A stretch of 64,000 nucleotides of DNA. Source: a virus. The stretch lies in IMG/VR virus record IMGVR_UViG_3300047333_000104, positions 3,649 through 67,648 of that record; one strand, 5' to 3'. Of this stretch, positions 41,997 to 50,889 are shown piece after piece. How positions within the stretch are numbered: position 1 is the stretch's first letter; every line of letters starts with the position of its first letter. The notes below the pieces were generated by a model, which was given only the letters and a program-made list of their open reading frames with translations, searched no databases and was not told the DNA's origin. Position numbers and translations under genes: made by a program.

Positions 41997-43778
41997 ATGC
42001 CCAATCTTGACATCCCTTTCCAGGGTCAAACGCTCGTTAAACCAGGTGCGTACTACGCCGACAACGTCTCGGCGGTCGCCTCTTCGAACGCCACGCCCGC
42101 GCCCCCGCTGATCTATCTCGGCAACGGGTACGGGCAGAAGCCGCAGACCGCCGTTACCTACGGCTCGTCCCAGGCCCTCCTCGCCGCCTTGCGTGGCGGT
42201 CCGGCCTCCGGATACGTTCCGTTCCTATACAGCCCCTCGGGGCAGTTGAGCGGCGCGCAGCAAGTCACCTTCGTGAATGTCAGCGAGAACACCCAATCGG
42301 CTTTGACGCTCTACTCAGGCACCTCGGGCCTGATCAATCTGACCTCGACGAATTATGGTCTGCCGTCGAACCTCCTTTCCGCGTCGGTCGCCGCGTCCCC
42401 TGTGTCCGGCAAGACGATCACGCTCTATGACAATTACGCCAACACGAGCCTCGTCGGCACGAACCTCGGCGTCCCGTTTGCGCTCGCGTACACGGGTGCC
42501 GCGACCGGCGTGACCTATACCGTGACGACGGTGAGCGGCTCGTCGACGCAATTGGCGATCACCAGTCCGAACGCGGGAGAGTCGCAGACGATCCCGCTCA
42601 GCGCCGGCACATTCGCGACGGTCGAGGCGGTCGTCAACTTCCTCAACGGGACGGGGTACTACTCGGCCTATACCTTCAGTAATGCGGCGTTGCCCTCGAC
42701 CAGTCTTGATGCCGCGTCGGCCGTCGCACTGTCCAAGCCCGTCTCCGGCGTTAATCAATATGTCGGCGTTACGGCGACCCTCGGCGACCCGATCTTCTGG
42801 GTTAACCAGTATGCCCAGCTTTATGCGACGGCGGCCCTCTATACCAGCGGAACAGTGTCAAGTCCGGCTTCGGGTTTGTCCACGTTGGCTCCGACGCTGT
42901 TCTCGGGCGCTGCGAACGTCCCTCCGGCGCTCTCCGACTATGCCTCCGGCTTCAACCTCGCGCTGACCTTGAACGGGTCGGTGATCTTCGCCGACAGCAA
43001 TGCCTCGGGCGTCGTCGCTCTCGGCTCGCAGCATTCCGTGACAGCCAGTAGCCCCGCGCAGGGGCATTGGCGCCGGTTCTTCTCGGGCTCGTCGATTGGC
43101 GACTCGGTCACGAACGCTATTACGGCCGCGCAGTCCTGCAACGCGATCTCGGCGACTTACGTGTACCCCGGCATCTACCGGACCAGCACGACGACCGGCC
43201 TCAACACGCTCTATGGTGGCGTCTATGCGGCAGCGGCTGCCGCGGGTATGGCGGCGGGAAACCAAGCGTCCCTCCCGCTGACCAATAAGGCGTTGACGGG
43301 TAATGGCGTGGAAGTCGCGCTGACGGTCACGCAGATCGATCAGCTTCAGCAGGGCGGCGTTATGCCCATCGGGCTCAGTTCGGCCGGCGTGCCTTCGATC
43401 ATCTCGGACTTTACGACTTGGCAGAATGACGCCAACCCCGAGAACGTCTTCAACCAGCAGGTCGCTTGCCGGTATTATGCCGCCTACACGTTGCAGGCTG
43501 CTCTGCAGCCCTACGTCGGCACCGTCTCGTCGCCGCTGAATGAGGTTCTTGTATTGCGCGCCGCGCAGACGGCCCTCAACGGTCTGGTCTATTCGCAGAA
43601 TAACGTCAATGGCGTGCTGGCGTCCTGGAACCCGGCGACCCTGCAGCTGGTCTATACCGGCGCGACGCAGACCGCCGCGGTCTCCGTCCAGGTGCAGTTG
43701 GTCGGCCAGAACCGGTTCATTACCATGCTGGTCGGGATTCAGCCGCTGAACTTCACTACCACGATTTCCACTCAGTGA
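41997..43778 (+). CDS. Tail sheath protein
   Basis: F.G....KPGAY, GIY, AAG.A......LT.K.L, QIDQL...GV, D.TT; 593 aa before tube. Confidence 0.9.
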   Translation: MPNLDIPFQGQTLVKPGAYYADNVSAVASSNATPAPPLIYLGNGYGQKPQTAVTYGSSQALLAALRGGPASGYVPFLYSPSGQLSGAQQVTFVNVSENTQSALTLYSGTSGLINLTSTNYGLPSNLLSASVAASPVSGKTITLYDNYANTSLVGTNLGVPFALAYTGAATGVTYTVTTVSGSSTQLAITSPNAGESQTIPLSAGTFATVEAVVNFLNGTGYYSAYTFSNAALPSTSLDAASAVALSKPVSGVNQYVGVTATLGDPIFWVNQYAQLYATAALYTSGTVSSPASGLSTLAPTLFSGAANVPPALSDYASGFNLALTLNGSVIFADSNASGVVALGSQHSVTASSPAQGHWRRFFSGSSIGDSVTNAITAAQSCNAISATYVYPGIYRTSTTTGLNTLYGGVYAAAAAAGMAAGNQASLPLTNKALTGNGVEVALTVTQIDQLQQGGVMPIGLSSAGVPSIISDFTTWQNDANPENVFNQQVACRYYAAYTLQAALQPYVGTVSSPLNEVLVLRAAQTALNGLVYSQNNVNGVLASWNPATLQLVYTGATQTAAVSVQVQLVGQNRFITMLVGIQPLNFTTTISTQ

Positions 43779-43800
43779 CAGCGTTCGGAGCGAGATAACC

Positions 43801-44283
43801 ATGCCCGCATTTAGCCCTACCCAGATAAATCCGAACAGCCGCACTGCGAACATGGCCCTGATTCTCGTGGGGGATCAGCCCATTGCGTTCGCGCAGACGG
43901 TCAACCACAGTCTCGAGTACGGCGCCGAAAGCTTTTACGGCATCGGCAGCGCGAAGCCGCAGGAGATCCAGCAGCTCCGCAACAGTATGCAGATCACGAT
44001 CGACAATTTCGATCTGACGACGAACGGCATGGCGCTGATCCAGGACAACGATACGCCGCTGAGTTCGATCCTCTCGAACAACTCTCTGAATATCTCCGTG
44101 GTCGACGGCATTACCAACGTCTCGCTGTTTACCTATGTCGGCTGCGTGTCGACGACGTTCAGCCAAGCGATCTCGGCCAACCAGCCGATTACCGACGCGT
44201 ACACCTTTCATGCCCTCGACGTGCTCGACCAGACCGGTCAGTCGATCCTCAACGGACCGAATGCGTTCTCCGTTACAAACTAA
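43801..44283 (+). CDS. Tail tube protein
   Basis: I..AQ......YG.E..Y.IG...P.E; 160 aa after sheath. Confidence 0.85.
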   Translation: MPAFSPTQINPNSRTANMALILVGDQPIAFAQTVNHSLEYGAESFYGIGSAKPQEIQQLRNSMQITIDNFDLTTNGMALIQDNDTPLSSILSNNSLNISVVDGITNVSLFTYVGCVSTTFSQAISANQPITDAYTFHALDVLDQTGQSILNGPNAFSVTN

Positions 44284-44307
44284 AGAGTTGAAGCCAGGAG
44301 TCATTAA

Positions 44308-44739
44308 ATGCCGGAACTTTTCCAAGATGAAATCACCGCCAGTTTCGGCGGCGACGACTTTATTTTCTCGATCCCCTCGCTCCATGACGAGATCCGCGTC
44401 GGTCTGCGTTCAAAAGCGCTTCGACAAGAGTTGGTCGGAGCGGGTGAGGACTCAAGCGAGTACGGCCTCGACGATTGGACAACCTACCTTCTCCGCGCCA
44501 GCGCGACTTTTGAGGTGCTTCTGAAAAAGGCATCCACGAAATGGCCGTTTACGCCAGGCGCGGCCGGCCCGGTCGTCGACTCCAGTAAGTTCCCGAAGAA
44601 TAAGGTCGGCGACGTGGTCGCGATTTACCGGAGGTATCTCGACGAACTAGCCACGTTTCGCGAGGGAGGGTCTCCCGCAAAGCCCGTTGGCGAGGAAGCT
44701 GTGGCGGATCAGTCGAATCCTCCAGAAGTCCCCGTTTGA
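44308..44739 (+). CDS. Tail assembly chaperone
   Basis: Position between tube and TMP; GGAGTCA RBS. Confidence 0.7.
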   Translation: MPELFQDEITASFGGDDFIFSIPSLHDEIRVGLRSKALRQELVGAGEDSSEYGLDDWTTYLLRASATFEVLLKKASTKWPFTPGAAGPVVDSSKFPKNKVGDVVAIYRRYLDELATFREGGSPAKPVGEEAVADQSNPPEVPV

Positions 44740-45016
44740 CCCCGAGATACTGGGTCTCAACGAGGCTCAACTCGACTTTATCCTAGAGAGCTACGCGCGG
44801 GATAACCCGGAAGAGGGTACGTTCGTGCGCGCTGGCTCGGTAACGCCGCTTACACAGGTTCAAGAGGCAGTGCGGTGGGAGTCGGTCTTGGTGGGTCGCG
44901 CGCACGATGCTATGATCGGCCCGATGATGCCGTCACGGGCAACTCTTGATGCGCTGAAGCGGCTGGAGCGGATGTCGAAGCCGCACTTGCAGGCCGGCCC
45001 TGGGAAGAAGGCGTAG
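44687..45016 (+). CDS. Second chaperone ORF (candidate frameshift extension)
   Basis: Overlaps previous ORF in +1 frame; LW.I......P.DP.I..L...Q..FI. Confidence 0.6.
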   Translation: MARKLWRISRILQKSPFDPEILGLNEAQLDFILESYARDNPEEGTFVRAGSVTPLTQVQEAVRWESVLVGRAHDAMIGPMMPSRATLDALKRLERMSKPHLQAGPGKKA

Positions 45017-45019
45017 ATC

Positions 45020-47488
45020 ATGCCGACAATCAACATCACGGGTTCGGGCGCGGGCGGCGGGAAACCTCCTTCCGGCAACGACGACACGAAAGCGCTTATC
45101 GCCGCGATCAAGAAGCTCGACGCCACGATCCAGAAGTCGATGACGGGTCGTACCGCGGGGTCAACTGTAAAGCCCCCTGCCCCCAGCGTGGTTGCCGCTT
45201 CAGCAGACGTCATAATGGCGGACCTTCGGCGACAAGCCGAGCAAGATAACAAACTCTTCAATATGCGTAAATCGGCCGCTCAGCGGGAGTCCGCCAAGAA
45301 GGAGGCCGACCAGCGCAAGACGGCAATGCAGGCGGAGAAGCTGGCTCAGCGGGAGTCCGCCAAGAAGGAGGCCGACCAGCGCAAGACGGCCGCCCGCGAG
45401 GAGCGGATGGCGCAGAAGGCAGCGGATCGTGCGGAGCGAGACAGCCAGCGCGCGTATTCGCGAGCATACCGATCGCGGAACGCAGGCGCCGCAGCGGCAA
45501 TGGCCGGCGAGATGGCACCCGAGGGCGCGTTCCGCTCCCCTCGCGCCCTACGTGCTTGGCAGAACTATCGGAGCATGGGTCGCGCCGGCCAACGCGCATT
45601 CGCACCAGGTCTCGGCGGCTCCCTTATGCGTGCGGGCGGCGTAGCGGGCGCGACTATCGGCGCGGCGATCGAGGCCCCACTACTGCCCGGTCAGATCATG
45701 AACGGCATTCTTTCGACCGCTCAGCCCGCTATCGATCTGACTAAAGGTACCTACGCGCTCGGTCGTGCCGGTGGCTTCTCAGGCGCTGGGCTATTTAACA
45801 CGCTCTATCCCGGCACTGGTACGACCCGAGGCACCGAATGGATGACCGACAACATGCTGACGGCGCCCAAGGTGCTGGAGAGTATGGCGCAGTTCGGCAT
45901 CGCCCCGCGTAGCGCTGGCCAGACCAAGGACATGGCGATTGCCTTGGCGCAAGCGGGGCTCTCGGGCGGCTTTTCGGGTATGGGCGCGGGCACGGTGGAG
46001 AAGCTTGCGCGCCAGGGCGTCGGTTATGGCGCGGCGCCGAATTCAGCGGCGGGGATCTCGGCATTCTTGGCCCCCGTGGAAGCGACTTTGTCTGACGCCG
46101 TGGCCAAGGGCATGGATCGGACTAAGGTGCTCGCCAGCATTCAAGACAGCCTGGATCTTATGGCGCGCGCGGGCGGTATCGGGGCGTCCTCTAACTCGGC
46201 GCTCGACTTGATCAACAAGCTGATGCAGTCGGGCACGGCGGGCGGTCGCACGGGGGAAACCGCTGTTGGTTTGCAGGCCACCGGGGCTGCGTTTGCGCGA
46301 AACCCTTCCTCGTCTCCTGTCGCTCAGTTGATGATCTACTCTCAATTGCATAAATACGGGATGCTCCAAGATGAGAAAGGCGTGCGAGCGTTCTGGGGTG
46401 ATAAAATTAACGCGGTACTGGATAAGACCCCCGCAGTTCGCGACCGGATGATTAAAGACATCACGCGCATAGCGCGCACGACTGGTGCAGGGGCAGCGAT
46501 GAATGCCGCGATAGAGGCGGGGGACGGGATAGACCCCTCCCGCCCTAAAGAAATCGCATATCAGGGCGTTCGCGAAGGGGGAACTCCTGAGGAGTGGCAA
46601 ACGACGGTACGGGCGCACATGTTCGGGGATGTAACCCCAGACATATACGCGCTAGATGCCGGGACCGCGGCAGGGCCGGCGACTCCCGAAGGCCGTAAGT
46701 CGTCTCCGCACTTCACCGAGACCGCCGCCATCTACAAAGCGCAATTGAAAAACGCGGGCGTCCCTGACGACGTGGCCGCGGCGTTGATTGCCGCCGGCCA
46801 AGCGAAGAACGTCAACCCGATGCTACTCGCTTCGATCGCTAAGACCGAGTCTGGGTTCCGTCAAACCGATGCGCTTGGAAATCCCCTTTACAACAAGCCT
46901 AAGAAAGGCCGGAAAAGCAGCGGGGCGGTCGGTCTCATGCAGGTCATGCCGATAAGCGGGTCGGGTCCGAGCGACTGGAAGTATGCGGCGGGGGCACGAG
47001 ACAACCTAGAGCTGAACGCGATGGAAGGGGCCGATATCTTCGCTAAGAAATTGGCGCGCAGGCACGATGACATTCGCGGAGCACTTCACGACTATGGCGG
47101 GTTTGACCGCGTTAGTGACGCCGACTACCAAAAGAAAGTTCTCCGAGATTTTCGCGGCAACGAGGACCGGGTGAACATCCCCTCTAAGATCGCTGACTAT
47201 GAAAACGGCGCGTCCCAGAAGACCATCGGGGGCGCTAATTTCGCATTAAATAATTTTGTACCTGCCGCTCAGAAGCTCACGGACGGTATGGAGCACGCGG
47301 GAGATGCGGTTTTGGCATTTGCTAAAAAAGTTGAATCAGCGACTAAGAGCTTCGACGCGTACCAAGCTACTCGTACTACGCGGGGGGGAATATTCGAGGA
47401 CGGGGACGTCGGCCGCGCTCAAGCAATGAAGTGGGGGTTGAATACCGGATCTCGCGCTAATGCGTCCCCCACCCCCGGTGGTCAGTAA
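45020..47488 (+). CDS. Tape measure protein with C-terminal SLT lytic transglycosylase domain
   Basis: Ala/Gly-rich helical body; V.P.LL.SI...ESGF, GA.GLMQVMP, N...G...F, AL..Y.G. Confidence 0.85.
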   Translation: MPTINITGSGAGGGKPPSGNDDTKALIAAIKKLDATIQKSMTGRTAGSTVKPPAPSVVAASADVIMADLRRQAEQDNKLFNMRKSAAQRESAKKEADQRKTAMQAEKLAQRESAKKEADQRKTAAREERMAQKAADRAERDSQRAYSRAYRSRNAGAAAAMAGEMAPEGAFRSPRALRAWQNYRSMGRAGQRAFAPGLGGSLMRAGGVAGATIGAAIEAPLLPGQIMNGILSTAQPAIDLTKGTYALGRAGGFSGAGLFNTLYPGTGTTRGTEWMTDNMLTAPKVLESMAQFGIAPRSAGQTKDMAIALAQAGLSGGFSGMGAGTVEKLARQGVGYGAAPNSAAGISAFLAPVEATLSDAVAKGMDRTKVLASIQDSLDLMARAGGIGASSNSALDLINKLMQSGTAGGRTGETAVGLQATGAAFARNPSSSPVAQLMIYSQLHKYGMLQDEKGVRAFWGDKINAVLDKTPAVRDRMIKDITRIARTTGAGAAMNAAIEAGDGIDPSRPKEIAYQGVREGGTPEEWQTTVRAHMFGDVTPDIYALDAGTAAGPATPEGRKSSPHFTETAAIYKAQLKNAGVPDDVAAALIAAGQAKNVNPMLLASIAKTESGFRQTDALGNPLYNKPKKGRKSSGAVGLMQVMPISGSGPSDWKYAAGARDNLELNAMEGADIFAKKLARRHDDIRGALHDYGGFDRVSDADYQKKVLRDFRGNEDRVNIPSKIADYENGASQKTIGGANFALNNFVPAAQKLTDGMEHAGDAVLAFAKKVESATKSFDAYQATRTTRGGIFEDGDVGRAQAMKWGLNTGSRANASPTPGGQ

Positions 47489-47490
47489 TC

Positions 47491-49158
47491 GTGGCCTCCT
47501 ATCCCGTCGCAATTCCGCAGTGCTTCGTCGACATCTATACCTACGAGGGCAATACTTACTCGCTGCAAGGCGCTCAGGTGAGGGCGGTCGTCGTGACTAA
47601 GAGCATCGACCCGCAAGCGGACACGGGGACGTTCGCGTTAACGCTAGCGCCGGGTGGCCCGAACGGGGCTAATCAGATACCGTCTTGGTCAGATGTCATC
47701 ACGCCTATGTCACTGGTCGTTATCGGGATGCGGCGGGGGACCAACGCGGCGATCACGATGTTGGGCGTCGTGCGAGCGGTTGGTGAAAACCAGGAGTGGC
47801 CGGTTGATCGCCCCGGCGCTCCAGTTGATCGGCAGATCCTGATCACCGGGTTCGACTTTTCCTACTTCTATACGATGTTTACCTACTACTCCCTTTGGTA
47901 TCTCGGCGCGACCGGAGTTGGAGTCTCCGCGCAGACCCCGTCTGAGGGTTTGCCTACACAGCTCGGCGCGTCATACCTCATCGGCGATCCGGGGCAAATC
48001 GCCGCCGCTTGGTTTGAAGGCATCATGGCGGGATCTATCGGCGTTCTGTCGCGTAGTTTCGTGCCGTTCCAAGGCGGAAAAATATTTTTCGGTACGGCGA
48101 TGGCGCGGGTCATAGAGACCTACGACGTGATGGTTCCCTACGGGGAGTATTTCGTCGGTACAGAGGGGTCGTGGATCGACAAGTACCGACTTATGCTGCC
48201 TTTCCCCTTTTACGAATTTTTCGTAACCACTTCGCCAACCACGGGGGGAACGACCTCTTACGAAGACCCGGAAGGTGTGAATTATGCCGACAATAGCTCG
48301 GGTTACGCCTTCACAAGTAAGGGTCTCGGCTCTTCTATTACGGCGTCTCCGGTAATGGTCGCTCGGCGCAACCCGGTGCCTGCGTTAACCGCGCAGATAG
48401 AAAACGGGGTTGCGAATTTCAACGGTATCGACGCAACAGCTTGGCGCAAACTCACAGTCAATCAGCTTGATCTCGGTGGGTTTGTTTCATCCCAAGTCAG
48501 TTTTGATGAAAGCCAAGTCCATAACCTGTACGTTATTAACCCAACGTTCGGGACGGCCTTAAACGGTGGCAGCAATTCTAGCATCATACCCTACGTTATG
48601 ACGGCGGGAGGAGCGGGAGACGCGGCGTCTATCCACAGGTATGGACTGCGGCCAGCGTCGATCGAGACGCATTGGCAGTGCGACCCGACCGGTCAGTTCG
48701 CCCAATTGAACGAGAGTAGTCCAGTCAATAACTTCATCCTTGGTGCTACTCTCCTGGCTCGATACGCGAGCTATTGGCATCCCACCCCTCTCATGGCCAA
48801 AGCTACCGTAACAACGTGGCTTCGGCCCGACATCCTTCCCGGAACGATCTTCCGTTACAGCCCGTTCAAAGGCGATGTGACGTGGGACTTCTACGTTACG
48901 GGCGTTACGCATCGGTGGGTATTCGGCGGCCCGTCCGTGACGCAACTCACGCTCGAACGCGGATTGCCGACGAGCGTCTATGCCGATAACAACCTGCTCT
49001 ACAATATCCATCTCGGCAACGCGACGAGGGTCGGTTCGACCTACACCGTTGGTCTGCCGTATGACTCGTCACCGACGCTACAAGCGATAGCGCTCGGTAA
49101 CTTCCAGGACTTCCTCTCGAACATCGCTTCAGTCTATTCCAAACCCCAGGCTCCTTGA
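47491..49158 (+). CDS. Baseplate hub protein
   Basis: K.I....GTF.L.L, L..E.FV, AR..P.P, I..YGLRP, A.V...LRP.I.PG..F, FYV.GV.H, TL.RGL. Confidence 0.75.
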   Translation: MASYPVAIPQCFVDIYTYEGNTYSLQGAQVRAVVVTKSIDPQADTGTFALTLAPGGPNGANQIPSWSDVITPMSLVVIGMRRGTNAAITMLGVVRAVGENQEWPVDRPGAPVDRQILITGFDFSYFYTMFTYYSLWYLGATGVGVSAQTPSEGLPTQLGASYLIGDPGQIAAAWFEGIMAGSIGVLSRSFVPFQGGKIFFGTAMARVIETYDVMVPYGEYFVGTEGSWIDKYRLMLPFPFYEFFVTTSPTTGGTTSYEDPEGVNYADNSSGYAFTSKGLGSSITASPVMVARRNPVPALTAQIENGVANFNGIDATAWRKLTVNQLDLGGFVSSQVSFDESQVHNLYVINPTFGTALNGGSNSSIIPYVMTAGGAGDAASIHRYGLRPASIETHWQCDPTGQFAQLNESSPVNNFILGATLLARYASYWHPTPLMAKATVTTWLRPDILPGTIFRYSPFKGDVTWDFYVTGVTHRWVFGGPSVTQLTLERGLPTSVYADNNLLYNIHLGNATRVGSTYTVGLPYDSSPTLQAIALGNFQDFLSNIASVYSKPQAP

Positions 49159-49214
49159 CGTTCGGATCGGCGGCGGACACAATAACTGTTCTGTCAGATT
49201 AAGGCGGGCATACA

Positions 49215-49700
49215 ATGAACTCCGAGTCACTCTCCCTTCCCGAAGTCATTCGCTTCACCCCCGATCAGGTCATCGACCCGCGCGGCCGCTCCTGCGAGGT
49301 GCGGATTCCCGACGTCTCGTTTTCTCAGTCGCGGGTGTTCAATTCGGTTCCTTGGTCGCTCCACGGCATTTACAGCAACGGCGCGGGGCGGTTGGTGCGC
49401 TGCTTGAGCGGCAGCATTTTCCTCGCCGCCGTCGATTTGCGCGACGACTCCGCCACCTACCTCCAGAGCACGAACTGCCGGATTGACGGCACTACGCAGC
49501 AAGCGGTGTGGGTGCCCCCCGGTTTCGGCTACGGCTTCCTGGCTGACGAGCAGGGCGTCACGGTGCTGGTCGAGCAGACCGAACCGAGCGTCGATCAGAT
49601 CACCAACTGGAATAGTCCGTCACTGAGCATCCCGTGGCCGCTGATGCGGAACATGAAAGTCATTACGCCTATTCTCTCCAACCAGGATCGGGCCGCGTGA
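49215..49700 (+). CDS. RmlC-like cupin (dTDP-sugar 3,5-epimerase fold), catalytic residues substituted
   Basis: [18 protein letters not shown]...[24 protein letters not shown]. Confidence 0.8.
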   Translation: MNSESLSLPEVIRFTPDQVIDPRGRSCEVRIPDVSFSQSRVFNSVPWSLHGIYSNGAGRLVRCLSGSIFLAAVDLRDDSATYLQSTNCRIDGTTQQAVWVPPGFGYGFLADEQGVTVLVEQTEPSVDQITNWNSPSLSIPWPLMRNMKVITPILSNQDRAA

Positions 49701-49918
49701 TGGTTACAGGTGTCGTCAAATGGTACAACGCCGCCAAAGGCTACGGCTTTATCCTGCCGGACCTTCGCGTTAACGGTGGCGGCGACGTGTTCGTGCATGC
49801 GTCGGCGGTCGAGGAGACCGGCCTCGATACGCTCGTCGAGGGCCAGAAGATCGGTTTCGACATCGGAACGTCTGCCCGCACCGGGCGTAGTTGCGCCGTC
49901 AACTTGAAAGCGATCTAG
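49700..49918 (+). CDS. Cold-shock domain protein
   Basis: [41 protein letters not shown]. Confidence 0.95.
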   Translation: MVTGVVKWYNAAKGYGFILPDLRVNGGGDVFVHASAVEETGLDTLVEGQKIGFDIGTSARTGRSCAVNLKAI

Positions 49919-49920
49919 TT

Positions 49921-50853
49921 ATGGGGGGCATCCCGCTCCTGACGGTCGGGCAGGTTTACGCTCATGCGCCCGATAACGGCGGCGTGCGGGTAATCCTCCG
50001 GTCGTCAGGGCAGGACCCCGGCTACGTCGTCCGTATGGGGTACGTGGGACCGGCGGACACGCTGCGGATCAGGCAGCGCCCGTTGCCGACGCGCGGCTCC
50101 TGGGGGCTCATCGCGTTCCCCTACGGCGATATCCGCAACGGCGTGTGGATCTGCACGATCTTGCCGAGTTTGGCGGACGCGCTCACCTCTACGGCATCCG
50201 GCGTCTCAGATCTCGACCCCTTCATCGACTATGAGTCGCACTATAGCGGGTTCTGGAAAATGCTCGACGGGCTCGGCCAGTTGTCGATGCAGTTCCCGGA
50301 TGGCAGCAGCTTCGTGGTCGGATCTGGGACGGCGTTACCGACGACCTACCGCCACACGGTGACGTCAGGGAACGTTCGAGAGAAAATCCCCTTCGTGACA
50401 GCAGATCGGATACCGAACCCTCCGTCGCCCTACGCGCTGACGCTGGCGATGAAATCAGGTGCTACGATCTCGGTGGATGCCAGCGGGAACACCTCTGTTT
50501 CAACGGTTGGCAATATCTCGGCGATTGCCTCGGGTACCGCTTCGATTACGGCGTCCGGTAACGTAACGGCGGTATCCGCTTCCGGTTCCGTTTCTTTGAC
50601 AGACGGAAAAGGCTCCAATTTCACGCTGAGTAACGACACAAATGGGTCGGCAACAATGGCGGGAACCCTCACCTTGGCCTGCAATGTGGTTGTTACGAAG
50701 ACTCTTGCCGTGAGCGGGGCAGTGACCGGTAGTAGCACCGCAGTCTTCACCGGCAATGTGACGGGTCAGGGTACGTCACTTCACACGCACACCCATAATG
50801 TTTCGGGCGTTCAGACTGGTGGATCGACGCTTCCGACCACCTCGCCGAACTAA
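49921..50853 (+). CDS. Baseplate central spike (gpV/gp45-like)
   Basis: N-terminal OB-fold region, beta-helix xxG repeats, terminal SLHTHTHNVSGVQTG Fe-binding HxH. Confidence 0.85.
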   Translation: MGGIPLLTVGQVYAHAPDNGGVRVILRSSGQDPGYVVRMGYVGPADTLRIRQRPLPTRGSWGLIAFPYGDIRNGVWICTILPSLADALTSTASGVSDLDPFIDYESHYSGFWKMLDGLGQLSMQFPDGSSFVVGSGTALPTTYRHTVTSGNVREKIPFVTADRIPNPPSPYALTLAMKSGATISVDASGNTSVSTVGNISAIASGTASITASGNVTAVSASGSVSLTDGKGSNFTLSNDTNGSATMAGTLTLACNVVVTKTLAVSGAVTGSSTAVFTGNVTGQGTSLHTHTHNVSGVQTGGSTLPTTSPN

Positions 50854-50889
50854 TAGCTTGCCGCCGCCCTCCGATGCTAGGATACCGGC

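Noticed and set aside
45278-45390. 47-bp duplication in the TMP gene
   Set aside because: Ordinary in-frame helical repeat (AQRESAKKEADQRKTA x2)
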